Notes: generated by a model from the sequence alone, not told the origin. Shown: positions 48,123-57,400, numbered from the stretch's first letter. The stretch: DNA of 64,000 nucleotides from Patescibacteria group bacterium (GCA_043803385.1 JAZDKA010000041.1:19799-83798); one strand, 5' to 3'. Made by a program: numbers and translations.

Positions 48123-49268
48123 TTATAACTGCACTTTCACTTTCATCTCTTGCCCGTCTCTAATTACGGTAAGTTCAATGGAATCCCCCTTTTTATATTG
48201 GCTCAAAAGATTAGATAATGGATTATCGAGATTAACTTCCTTATCGCCCACTGAAATTATAATGTCGTTTATTTTTAGCCCTGCTTTTTCCGCCGGAGAT
48301 CCGGAAAGTATAGCCAGTCCTTGCTTTCCAGATGAGGAATAAATTAGCGCGCCCTTATCGCGATTCAAATTATTAGCAATCGCATAAGCTTTGCTTATGG
48401 GCAAATAATAAATTCCAAGATACGGCCTTTTGCTGAATTCATTTCCAGTTGCCAAATTCATTGAGTTCTTGACTATATTGGAAGGAATTTCGAAAAATTT
48501 TTCTTGGTTATCGGTAGTGAGCGATCCGATAATTCCAACTAGCTCGCCGTTATAATTAATAATTGGTCCGCCTAAGTAATCTTTTTTGTCCAAAAAATCC
48601 GTTTCAAAAACTCCTTCCATTTTTTCCGAAGAAGAAAGAGTTTTTCCGGAAATATTGAAAGTTTTGTCGATATTACTCAAAAGTCCCGAAGAATATCTGT
48701 TTTGATAATCCTCAAATGAATTTCCGATAGCGATAAGTTTTTTTCCCGGATAGAAATCATCTGAATTTGAAAACGGGATAGGAGAAAAGTTTCCCGCCTC
48801 GATTTTTAAAAATGCAAGATTGGTAAATTCATCTATTCCGACCAATTTCGCTTCATGCGAAGAACCGTTGAAGGGCAAAATTTGGTATCTGGCATCGCTT
48901 TCGGTTATAGCGGTTCGATATGTTGCAATAAGCCCGTCTGAAGTTATGATCACTCCAGTCCCATTTCTGATTCCTCCTAGCGGATTTAAAGCAGTTTTAT
49001 CTTTGTCTGAAATTGAAATTATGTTTACTACGGAAGCTCCGGCCTGTGAGGCAATCTTATTCACTGAATCTTCTTCTTTGATGGTTACTTGCTCGGTTTT
49101 GCTTATGATGGTCGTGTTTTCGATAGCTTTTTTAAATAATTTTAATTTTGATAATGTCGGAGAACTGCTGGCTTTTGGCAAAATATACGCATTGAAAACG
49201 ACGGATCCGAATCCACCGACTATGAACATAAACAATGCTAACAATAATATCCTGGTAAACTTCCTCAT
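48123..49268 (-). CDS. HtrA-like protein with PDZ domain, catalytic residues substituted
   Basis: ATYRTA in place of TNxHV; DYLGGP in place of GNSGGP; GSPAEKAGLK PDZ. Confidence 0.85.
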   Translation of the reverse strand: MRKFTRILLLALFMFIVGGFGSVVFNAYILPKASSSPTLSKLKLFKKAIENTTIISKTEQVTIKEEDSVNKIASQAGASVVNIISISDKDKTALNPLGGIRNGTGVIITSDGLIATYRTAITESDARYQILPFNGSSHEAKLVGIDEFTNLAFLKIEAGNFSPIPFSNSDDFYPGKKLIAIGNSFEDYQNRYSSGLLSNIDKTFNISGKTLSSSEKMEGVFETDFLDKKDYLGGPIINYNGELVGIIGSLTTDNQEKFFEIPSNIVKNSMNLATGNEFSKRPYLGIYYLPISKAYAIANNLNRDKGALIYSSSGKQGLAILSGSPAEKAGLKINDIIISVGDKEVNLDNPLSNLLSQYKKGDSIELTVIRDGQEMKVKVQL

Positions 49269-49279
49269 CTTATTTTTTA

Positions 49280-50017
49280 TTATACCGCCAATTGCCACCT
49301 TGAGCTGGTTAATATCAGCCCGATTATTATGCTGAATACGATTAAATTTACAATTATCCTTTTTTTGGAAAGCTTTCTTGAAAAGTAGCTGTTAGCCATA
49401 TCCCAAAACACATAATAGAAAATAAGGGCTATTACTCCGGTTGTCAAGTATCCGAACGGCCAGAAATTTATTACCCATGAAAGTTCCGCCATAGCCATGG
49501 AGAGTATCAAACTATAATTCAGGATTTTCTTTTTGTCTTTGGAAATAACGCTGAAATAATGATAGCTTAAAATAAAAGTAATAGCCAGAAAAGCAAACAT
49601 CAGTATAGTTAGCGGAATGGAAAAATTTATGTAAATTCCGTAAAATCCGGCATAGAAAAAGAAAGCCGATGCCATTATCGCTCCCGCGTAAACTCCGGCA
49701 GCTGTCTGATCTTTGGAATAATTTTTGAGCCGATATATTCCAAGAAGAATAAAATAGAATACAGTAGAAGAAAAAATAATAAATATCTGTTTTTCTAATG
49801 GAAAGTCTATAAGATAAAATAGAACTATCGATGACAGGGAAAATAGCATCGGAATAACGGAAAAAGAATATTTTTCCCCCAGCCTTTTTCCCGCAAAGAA
49901 TGAAAAAAACAAAAAAAATGCCGCCAAAAACCAAACGAGATTTTCATTGAGATAAATAAGTTCAAAAGCAGATAAAAACAATACGGAATAAAATAGAGAT
50001 TTAAGGTGAAAAAACAT
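49280..50017 (-). CDS. Polytopic membrane protein
   Basis: About 8 hydrophobic segments; EL.W...FWP motif. Confidence 0.75.
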   Translation of the reverse strand: MFFHLKSLFYSVLFLSAFELIYLNENLVWFLAAFFLFFSFFAGKRLGEKYSFSVIPMLFSLSSIVLFYLIDFPLEKQIFIIFSSTVFYFILLGIYRLKNYSKDQTAAGVYAGAIMASAFFFYAGFYGIYINFSIPLTILMFAFLAITFILSYHYFSVISKDKKKILNYSLILSMAMAELSWVINFWPFGYLTTGVIALIFYYVFWDMANSYFSRKLSKKRIIVNLIVFSIIIGLILTSSRWQLAV

Positions 50018-50137
50018 ATACCGGAAATTACTAATTTCTAATTATTCTAATTTCTAATCAAATCCCAATTACTAAATTTTCTAATTTAAAAAATTAGAAA
50101 TTAGGTTAATTAGGTCAATTAGAAATTTTATTTTATT

Positions 50138-51364
50138 TTATTTTATTTCCTCCAACGTGGCTTTTACGTCATTCGTACTTCCTTTATGCCAGACTTTTAA
50201 CGTTATTGTGTCTCCGACATTGTAATTAGCAATAAGATCGCTAAGCTGGTTGCTGTCATTTACTTTGGTTCCATTTACTTCCAGTATTATATCATTTTCA
50301 ACTATTCCGGCTTTGTCAGCTGGAGAATTGGGCATTACTGCCAGATCTGTCGGCTTTGATCCCCTCAAGACAAGTGCGCCGTAGCCAAAAGGAAGATTAT
50401 TGTCGGACTGAATCTGCTTGTCTATAATAACGCTTCTTACTCCCAGATAAGGAGTTGATATTTTTCCCGTAGCATTCACTTGGTCCACTATTTTTTTTAT
50501 CTGGTTGGAAGGAATCGCGAATCCTATATTTTGAGCGCCTTGAGCTATGGCTACGTTTATGCCTATAACATTACCGCTGATGTCCAAAAGCGGACCGCCT
50601 GAATTTCCGGGATTTATGGCGGCATCCGTCTGAATTATATTGGAAAGCTGCTCGGTTTGTCCAAGGCCTGATCCGGCAGTCAGATTCCGGCTTAGGCCGG
50701 AGATAATGCCCTTGCTCACTGTATTATAAAACTCTCCTAAAGAATTTCCAATGGCGATAACAGTTTGTCCCACTTTCAAATTGTTCGAATCCCCAAAACT
50801 CAAAGTGGGAAAATTATTTCCTTCGACTTTGATTATTGCGATATCCTTAACTGGATCTCTGGCTAGAACTTTGGCTGGATATTCTTTTCCGTCATTTGCT
50901 ATAACGGTGTAATCAGCGTTTGCGTCGCTTACCACATGCTTATTGGTTGCTACTAATCCATTTTGATTTACCAGAAATCCTGATCCGGCGCCCACTGTTT
51001 GCTTCTCGGTGCCGCTACTTTGATTTTCTTCGAGGTCATTGAAAAACCCGAAAGGATCTTGGAAAAAGCTCCTGTATTTTGGCACATCCTTTGAAATAAC
51101 GATGCTAACAACTGCCGGAGTAGATTTGTTTACTGTTTCTATCACAGTCGATTCTTCCTCGGTGATATTTTGATTTACTGCTTGATTCGATTGGTCCGTT
51201 TTCTTTCCTATGGAAATTTTTCCACCCATAAATCCAAATACTGCTCCAAAAAAAGATGAAAGCAGGATCGAAAGTATGATTGCTGTTGTGAATATTGATT
51301 TTGAAGCACTCTTGACGCTATCTTGTTTTGGAATTTCTTGTTCTCGATTAGTTATATTTTCCAT
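50138..51364 (-). CDS. htrA: HtrA/DegP serine protease with PDZ domain
   Basis: GSGF, TNKHVV, DIAIIK, DAAINPGNSGGP; ATG 51364 preferred over the longer ORF. Confidence 0.94.
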   Translation of the reverse strand: MENITNREQEIPKQDSVKSASKSIFTTAIILSILLSSFFGAVFGFMGGKISIGKKTDQSNQAVNQNITEEESTVIETVNKSTPAVVSIVISKDVPKYRSFFQDPFGFFNDLEENQSSGTEKQTVGAGSGFLVNQNGLVATNKHVVSDANADYTVIANDGKEYPAKVLARDPVKDIAIIKVEGNNFPTLSFGDSNNLKVGQTVIAIGNSLGEFYNTVSKGIISGLSRNLTAGSGLGQTEQLSNIIQTDAAINPGNSGGPLLDISGNVIGINVAIAQGAQNIGFAIPSNQIKKIVDQVNATGKISTPYLGVRSVIIDKQIQSDNNLPFGYGALVLRGSKPTDLAVMPNSPADKAGIVENDIILEVNGTKVNDSNQLSDLIANYNVGDTITLKVWHKGSTNDVKATLEEIK

Positions 51365-51574
51365 ATTGGGAATAGATTTTAATTTTGGTTTTATATTTAA
51401 GACTTGCGCATTTGCCTCTGTCAAAGCCGTAGCTCCGGCGCGATGACGGACAATTTTGTAATCGCGCCTCCGAAAACGGCTTGTCATAGTCAAATACGCA
51501 AGCTTCGCTTTTTTTATCAAATTATTGCTTAAATGTCCGCATTAGTCTGCGTTAAGTCCGCGTAGGTCGGCGGA

Positions 51575-51757
51575 CTATTCTTCCATTGAAACAGCACTTA
51601 CTGGACAGCTGTTAATAACTTCTTCGCAGTTGCATTCCCCGCATTCGTCTGCGATCACTTTTGATTTCCCATTTTCAACTTTAAAAACATCGGGGCATGT
51701 TGACTCGCATGTTCCGCATCCAATGCAAGTATCCTCATCTACTTTTGGTTTTGGCAT
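51575..51757 (-). CDS. Ferredoxin
   Basis: CIGCGTC...CP...CPV.A. Confidence 0.93.
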   Translation of the reverse strand: MPKPKVDEDTCIGCGTCESTCPDVFKVENGKSKVIADECGECNCEEVINSCPVSAVSMEE

Positions 51758-51765
51758 AAAAAATT

Positions 51766-52809
51766 TTAAAATAATACTGATGCATCTCCCTGGGAGTTGT
51801 TTATTATTTCCTTTTCGAAATTTTTCATTGGTTCATCTTTGAAATCAACGGTTTCTTCTTCTTTGTTCCAGGAATAATCTTTGGAAAATACCATGATTTT
51901 CATTTTTTTCATTTCTTCGTAAAGAAATTCTCCGAAAGTTTTTTTGGGCAGAAAAATCTGCCTTATTCTTATAAGTTCGGAATCATTTTCTGTTTTTTTG
52001 TCTTCCACTTCAATAATATGGAATCCAAGGGAGCTTTCAATAATGTCGCTTATTTTCCCCTTGTCTGAAGCAAAGACTGCCTTCGATACTTCTTCAATGA
52101 GCTGGTCTTTTTTGAACCACCCAAGCTCTCCCCCATCTTGGGCAGTTGATCCTTTTGAATATTCCATGGCGACATCGGCAAAAACTTTCTTCTTATTGAG
52201 TTCGGCTTTTGCTTTTTCTATTTGTTCTTTTCCTTTCTTGACCGAACTATCTCTGGATGCAAATATTTTTTCAAGCTCCTGGCGGTATAGATCCGGTTTC
52301 ACGACTTTTTCCTTAAAATCATCAATTGACCAGCCGTATAGTTTTTCCAGGTTATTATTCAAATTATCTCCCGTTCCGTATTCTTCCATTTTTCTGCTTA
52401 AATTTTGGCTGACCATCGCATCCGTTATCTTCATACCTTCTTTTCGGGCTAAAATTTCAATCGCTTTGTCTTCGATCATTCTTTCGAGTACTTCTTTCTC
52501 TTTCATCTTCAGCCTTTTTTTTCCATTTTCAGTGGAAAAATCCACCCGCAAATCAACTTTCGAAAAATCCTGGTTTTCATAAAATTTCTTCACTGATTCA
52601 AGATTGTTATTGAGATTTTTAAATGTGATAAAATTATAATTATTCAAAACCGCAACCGGATATGGGATTATTTTTTCCATTTTTTTAACAGCCTTATAAT
52701 CTTTTCCAAATCCGTAAATAAGAATGCCAAAAACAACGATAATAGCTACAGCTACTATCAAACTAGAGTAAACAATAGTTGATATTTTTACTTCATTATC
52801 TTTTGCCAT
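51766..52809 (-). CDS. SurA/PrsA-like parvulin peptidyl-prolyl isomerase
   Basis: N-terminal TM, FA..A.EYS...GG.LGW, S.LGFHII. Confidence 0.88.
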   Translation of the reverse strand: MAKDNEVKISTIVYSSLIVAVAIIVVFGILIYGFGKDYKAVKKMEKIIPYPVAVLNNYNFITFKNLNNNLESVKKFYENQDFSKVDLRVDFSTENGKKRLKMKEKEVLERMIEDKAIEILARKEGMKITDAMVSQNLSRKMEEYGTGDNLNNNLEKLYGWSIDDFKEKVVKPDLYRQELEKIFASRDSSVKKGKEQIEKAKAELNKKKVFADVAMEYSKGSTAQDGGELGWFKKDQLIEEVSKAVFASDKGKISDIIESSLGFHIIEVEDKKTENDSELIRIRQIFLPKKTFGEFLYEEMKKMKIMVFSKDYSWNKEEETVDFKDEPMKNFEKEIINNSQGDASVLF

Positions 52810-52960
52810 AATTGTCTTTGAGCGTAGCGAGAAGCTACAATTATGAGCATCCCGCATCAATTTTTTAACTGATATTTATATTTATCCAGGTAAGCCGTAG
52901 GCGATTCCGTGGATAAAACTAGCTTTTGTTTTAAATTTTATTCGAAATTGATTGCGGGAT
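52807..52960 (-). ncRNA. Structured leader element B5 upstream of the PrsA-like gene
   Basis: CATAATTGT/ACAATTATG 9-bp stem includes the ATG. Confidence 0.72.
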
Positions 52961-52971
52961 TATACATATTT

Positions 52972-53361
52972 TTAATATCTAAAGAAATAATCCCACCATC
53001 TCACATAATTGGGCCGGCTGTCAGTTTCCGCGACAACATTTTTTGTTTCCTGGCTTTCGGCATTTCCTCCCCTCAAGACCGGGCTGGGTTTTATTACTGC
53101 CACATTTTCATTTTCTTTCTGGAGATTGAGTTTTTCTTTGGCAATCCGTTCTTGGAATTCCGGAGTTTCAAAATAGGTTATTTTTTCCTTCATATCGCCG
53201 TTGTTCTGGCGAAGCTTATCTGCTTCCTGGCGCAGAGAACTTATCTCATTTTCAATTTGCTTGTTTCTTCGGTTTTCTTTAAAAGCAAAATAGGAAATCC
53301 ATCCGGCAATAATAATTCCGAAAATTATGAAAATTATTGAAAAAAATGATCTTTTCCCCAT
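52972..53361 (-). CDS. Septum formation initiator (FtsB/DivIC-like)
   Basis: TM, coiled coil, ERIAKEKLNL...E. Confidence 0.85.
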   Translation of the reverse strand: MGKRSFFSIIFIIFGIIIAGWISYFAFKENRRNKQIENEISSLRQEADKLRQNNGDMKEKITYFETPEFQERIAKEKLNLQKENENVAVIKPSPVLRGGNAESQETKNVVAETDSRPNYVRWWDYFFRY

Positions 53362-53363
53362 TT

Positions 53364-53477
53364 TTATTGGGTTCTGATTAGAGGAGCCAATTCAAAAGCA
53401 ATCATAGAAATTACTCCCAAAAGAGTAATTACTATCCAAATAACGCGCAACTTCTTTTTTCTTCGATTATTATGCAT
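53364..53477 (-). CDS. Small 37-aa single-TM protein not in the ORF track
   Basis: MHNNRRKKKLRVIWIVITLLGVISMIAFELAPLIRTQ*, ends 2 nt before the ftsB-like ATG. Confidence 0.6.
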   Translation of the reverse strand: MHNNRRKKKLRVIWIVITLLGVISMIAFELAPLIRTQ

Positions 53478-53885
53478 GATAATAAAATCAAAAATCAAAA
53501 TTATTTAATTTTATCCTTATTATATCCTATTTTTTTAGACCTGACAAATGCAATAAAAAAAACCGCCATTGGGCCATGAATTAAAGAAAAATGGCAATAA
53601 TATCAATGAGAGAGCAAAGATACTTCTTGCCAATTATATTTTCTTTAAATTCACAGCCCGCTAGCGGCTTAGATTTGCGATTTACCCCATTTAAATCCAC
53701 AAACAATTTCTGAATTTGAATCGGAAGGGAAATAAAATTGGTGTTGCAACTACTTCCCTGAAAAAGAACTTGGGTTCGGATTTGTAGTCATCATATCCGC
53801 AACTTCGCATATTCACTTTAGGACAATATGCTATCCCATGTATCTAGTTTAGGATGATACGTTATCCTTTATCATAAATATAAAT

Positions 53886-54248
53886 CTATAAAATTTTTTC
53901 GATTGTTTCATCAAGGAAATGATCCCAATCCGGCGCATGTCCGTTTGATTTTGCAGATTGCAAAACCTCAATCGATTTGTCTTTTTCAAGCCTCGTGGCT
54001 TTATCCATTGCGAACTCATCGTTAGTTCTGAATGGAATCTGCCAGATCGTAAAATCTTCTTTCATCCAGTACTCGCCAGCTACTCTCCCATATCTGCCAG
54101 TATACTGGTAAAGAGAAACGAATTTCTCTTTAGTGTGATACGTAGTTGTTCTTTTTGACCAGACATAATCTTTAGGTTGTCCACCTTCGATTATGCCTCC
54201 TTCAAAAATTGTAGACCTACTCCAAGGCATTTCTTTAAAAAATTTCAT
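53886..54248 (-). CDS. Hypothetical protein (island)
   Basis: SD AAGGAGG; 120 aa. Confidence 0.65.
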   Translation of the reverse strand: MKFFKEMPWSRSTIFEGGIIEGGQPKDYVWSKRTTTYHTKEKFVSLYQYTGRYGRVAGEYWMKEDFTIWQIPFRTNDEFAMDKATRLEKDKSIEVLQSAKSNGHAPDWDHFLDETIEKIL

Positions 54249-54398
54249 ACATCCTCCTTTGCGTTTTAAGCCCGCATGGCTTTAAGTTTTTTGAAACGAA
54301 CTATGGGATTTTTCCCATTCAAACCCACAAAATAATTTATGAATTTGAATGGAGAGGGAATACTTGCGATGTTGCGTTGCAAGCATTCCCCGAAATTT

Positions 54399-54941
54399 CT
54401 ACTCCTCATGGATAAATTTCAGTAGCTTAATAACTGCTGGAATATCCTTGGGATGCTTGCGCAGGTTGTCTTCAACTCTCCTGCGGGCCTTCGCCAGTTC
54501 TTCTTCTGTCGGAAGAGCCTTGGCAAGTTCCCAATCTCTGACCAGCTCTAACTCAGCTTCTTCAAGTTTTTTCAGAAGCTCATTCCGAAGAGCCATGACA
54601 ACCTCCTTGGCCGTTGCTGGCCTAGAAAAAGAGTCTTTTTCTATTTCGCAATCCGAATCGCACTCCTCAGTATGCTCATGAGGCATCAACCAGCATACTT
54701 CAATGTCAAACCAACCCCCCGTGTGCTTATTTTTTCCCTCAAAGTAATAGCTCTGTATACTTACCCTGAGGATCTCCCCTTCTCTTAGGGGGAAATGATC
54801 AACTTTCATAAGGCTTTCATGGGTGAGTCCTAGAGATGCCAGTCTCTGGGCAAACTCATTTCTTGCTTCAACTTGACCCGCAAGCGAAGCGTCAAGAAGC
54901 GCCTTAATTTCCGCTAAATCTTTTTCTAATAAATCTTTCAT
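54399..54941 (-). CDS. Hypothetical protein (island)
   Basis: SD AAGGAG; HEHTEECDSDC; C-terminal ARRRVEDNLRK. Confidence 0.65.
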   Translation of the reverse strand: MKDLLEKDLAEIKALLDASLAGQVEARNEFAQRLASLGLTHESLMKVDHFPLREGEILRVSIQSYYFEGKNKHTGGWFDIEVCWLMPHEHTEECDSDCEIEKDSFSRPATAKEVVMALRNELLKKLEEAELELVRDWELAKALPTEEELAKARRRVEDNLRKHPKDIPAVIKLLKFIHEE

Positions 54942-55386
54942 CTTTTCTCCTTTGCTTCCAGGACTGAGCCCTAGAGCCTTGGATCACTTATATCTGTTTC
55001 TCTGCCATTACTGGTTCAGAGTGCCTAAAGCGAGGGATCTCGGTTTTCGCCGCCCGATTTCGATTTCAAATCGGGAAATATTTATTTTTTAAAACGAAAT
55101 TTCTCTTCTTTGCGAAGAGAGTGATGAAAAAGAATTTTTTTGATGGAAGTTTTGAAGGTTATATAATTGTTTAAAGCCTTAAACTATCCACCCCTCCTTT
55201 TCATCACTTTTTCCACAAAAATAAAAGCGACTAAGAAATTTTTCCGAAAAATTATTCGAGGAAGATTTCTCAATCGCTTTGGTAAATTTTTGAGTCTCTC
55301 TCCTCAATAATTTTTTTGAATTTTGATGAACTGTCATCTGATTTCAGCGTAACGGTCAAGCATATCATACAAAAAAGAACCTGTCA

Positions 55387-55460
55387 ACCCCGCACTAACT
55401 TTATACTGATTATTACAGGCTTTTAGCACCAAAGGTGCTGGTATAAAGTTAGTGCGGGGT
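55387..55460. mobile_element. Palindromic element A'2, abutting a minus-strand promoter (TTGACA-N17-TATGCT, 55387-55359)
   Basis: 20-bp TIR ACCCCGCACTAACTTTATAC; TCAA on both flanks of the CCCC..GGGG core. Confidence 0.8.
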
Positions 55461-55504
55461 CAAGCACAGATTCCTATTTTAGGCTTAGATAAAGGATAAT
55501 ATTT

Positions 55505-57304
55505 CTATTTCTTGAGAACCGCCAAGAAGGCTTCGGAAGGGATTTCTACTTTTCCGATGTTTCGCATTTTTTTCTTGCCTTTTTTCTGTTTTTCCAGCAG
55601 TTTTTTCTTGCGGGAAACGTCCCCGCCGTATAATTTTGCAATAACATCTTTACGGAAAGCTTTGATAGTTTCCCTGGCAATCACTTTAGCTCCGATTGCC
55701 GCTTGAAGCGCTACGGAAAAATTTTGCCGGGGAATAGATTCTTTTAATTTTTCAACAGTAGCCTTTCCTTCGCTGAAAGCTTTTTCTTTGGGAACGATCC
55801 GGGAAAAAGCTTCCACTTTTTCTCCAGCGACCAAAATATCAAGCCTTATTAAATCATAAGGCCGGTATCCGATCAGTTCATAACTCATCGAGGCAAAACC
55901 GGAAGTGGCGCTTTTAAGATTGTCATGGAAATTTATAATAACGTCGGCTAGCGGAGCTTCAAAGGCCAGAAGTACTCGTTCTTCGTCAAGGTATTCCGTA
56001 TTTTTATAAATTGAGCGGATAGTTCCCACGAGTTCCATTATTTGCCCGAGATAAGCCGATGGAGTGATAATATCCAGTTTTACGAATGGTTCAGAAATTT
56101 CTTCAATTACGGAAGGATCGGGCATGTCGGATGCCGAGTAAATATTTTCTATCTTGCCGGTATTTTGTATCTTTACTTCATAAACAACGCTCGGAGTAGT
56201 GATGGTCGGAAAAATATTGAATTCTCTTTTTAATCTTTCATGGATAATTTCCAGATGAAGCAATCCCAAAAATCCGCAGCGGAATCCTCTTCCCAGCGCT
56301 TTATTGCTTTCCGGCTCAAAAACAAAAGCGGCGTCATTAAGTTTAAGCTTATCCAAAGCGTCCCGCATAAAATTATAATTATCTCCTTCAATCGGATAGA
56401 AGCTGGCATAAACCATAGGTTTCACTTCTTTGTATCCGGGAAGGCTTGAGACTTGCCCTTTGAATTTCGTCAAAGTTATGGTATCTCCCACTCTTGAGTG
56501 CTCTACACTTTTGAATCCGGTGGCAATATATCCGATATCGCCAGCCTTTAAAATTTCAGAAGTTTCAAATTGCGGCTTGAAATATCCGACTTCAATTACC
56601 GTGCTTTCGTTTTTATTTTCAGTCATAAATATCTCGTTGTCTCTTTTGACTTTTCCGTCGACAATTCGAACATAAGCCACAACGCCTTTATAGGAATCAT
56701 ATTTGGAATCAAAAATAAGCGCCCGGAGCGGTTTTTCTTCATCGCCTGCCGGAGCTGGTATTTTTTCTATTATAGCTTCCAGTATTTTTTCCACGCCTTC
56801 ACCGGTTTTTCCGGAAGCCAGAAGGATTTCCTCTTCCTTGCATCCCAGAATATGAATTATTTCTTTTTTAGTTTTGGAAACATCGGCATTGGCAAGATCA
56901 ATCTTATTCACCACCGGAATTATTTCCAGCCCTTGCTCGATGGCAAGATATAAATTAGATAAAGTTTGCGCTTGGACGCCTTTGGTGGCGTCAACCAGAA
57001 GAATTGCGCCTTCAACCGCTGCCAGCGACCGCGAAACTTCATAATTAAAATCAACATGGCCGGGAGTGTCAATTAGATTCAGAATGTACTCCGCGTTAGT
57101 CCGCGATCGGTAGATGATTCTGACCGGCTGCAATTTAATGGTGATTCCTCTTTCTCTCTCTAAGTCCATCTGATCCAAAATCTGGTCTTTCATTTTCCTC
57201 TTTTCAATAGTATTGGTAAATTCCAAAAGCCGGTCGGCCAAAGTCGACTTCCCGTGATCAATATGGGCGATTATTACGAAATTTCGAACATTATTTTGAG
57301 CCAT
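55505..57304 (-). CDS. lepA: Elongation factor 4
   Basis: AHIDHGKSTLADR, ERERGITIK, GFLGLLH, LYGGDVSRK.KLL. Confidence 0.98.
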   Translation of the reverse strand: MAQNNVRNFVIIAHIDHGKSTLADRLLEFTNTIEKRKMKDQILDQMDLERERGITIKLQPVRIIYRSRTNAEYILNLIDTPGHVDFNYEVSRSLAAVEGAILLVDATKGVQAQTLSNLYLAIEQGLEIIPVVNKIDLANADVSKTKKEIIHILGCKEEEILLASGKTGEGVEKILEAIIEKIPAPAGDEEKPLRALIFDSKYDSYKGVVAYVRIVDGKVKRDNEIFMTENKNESTVIEVGYFKPQFETSEILKAGDIGYIATGFKSVEHSRVGDTITLTKFKGQVSSLPGYKEVKPMVYASFYPIEGDNYNFMRDALDKLKLNDAAFVFEPESNKALGRGFRCGFLGLLHLEIIHERLKREFNIFPTITTPSVVYEVKIQNTGKIENIYSASDMPDPSVIEEISEPFVKLDIITPSAYLGQIMELVGTIRSIYKNTEYLDEERVLLAFEAPLADVIINFHDNLKSATSGFASMSYELIGYRPYDLIRLDILVAGEKVEAFSRIVPKEKAFSEGKATVEKLKESIPRQNFSVALQAAIGAKVIARETIKAFRKDVIAKLYGGDVSRKKKLLEKQKKGKKKMRNIGKVEIPSEAFLAVLKK

Positions 57305-57360
57305 ATGTTCCTTATTCTATATTAAAAAAAGCCTTTTTTCAATAGGCATGGAATTTTATA

Positions 57361-57400
57361 AAAAAATCGCCGTGGGTTCCAGTATGGGTCCCACGGCGGT
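57361..57400 (-). terminator. Intrinsic terminator of the purB-purEC unit
   Basis: ACCGCCGTGGG / CCCACGGCGAT stem followed by a T tract on the minus strand. Confidence 0.75.

Noticed and set aside
51403-51502. SRP 4.5S RNA
   Set aside because: Similar size, but no GGAA tetraloop with CAGG/AGCA internal loop.
53692-53811. 39-aa minus-strand ORF MRSCGY...
   Set aside because: No SD, motif or other support.
54990-55030. Hammerhead ribozyme
   Set aside because: GAAAC is present on the minus strand but the CUGANGA core is not.
57088-57110. 10-nt repeat (GTCCGCGTTA-like) insert in lepA, similar to 22870-22890 and 51534-51575
   Set aside because: Only two units in a naturally variable loop; too short to support.
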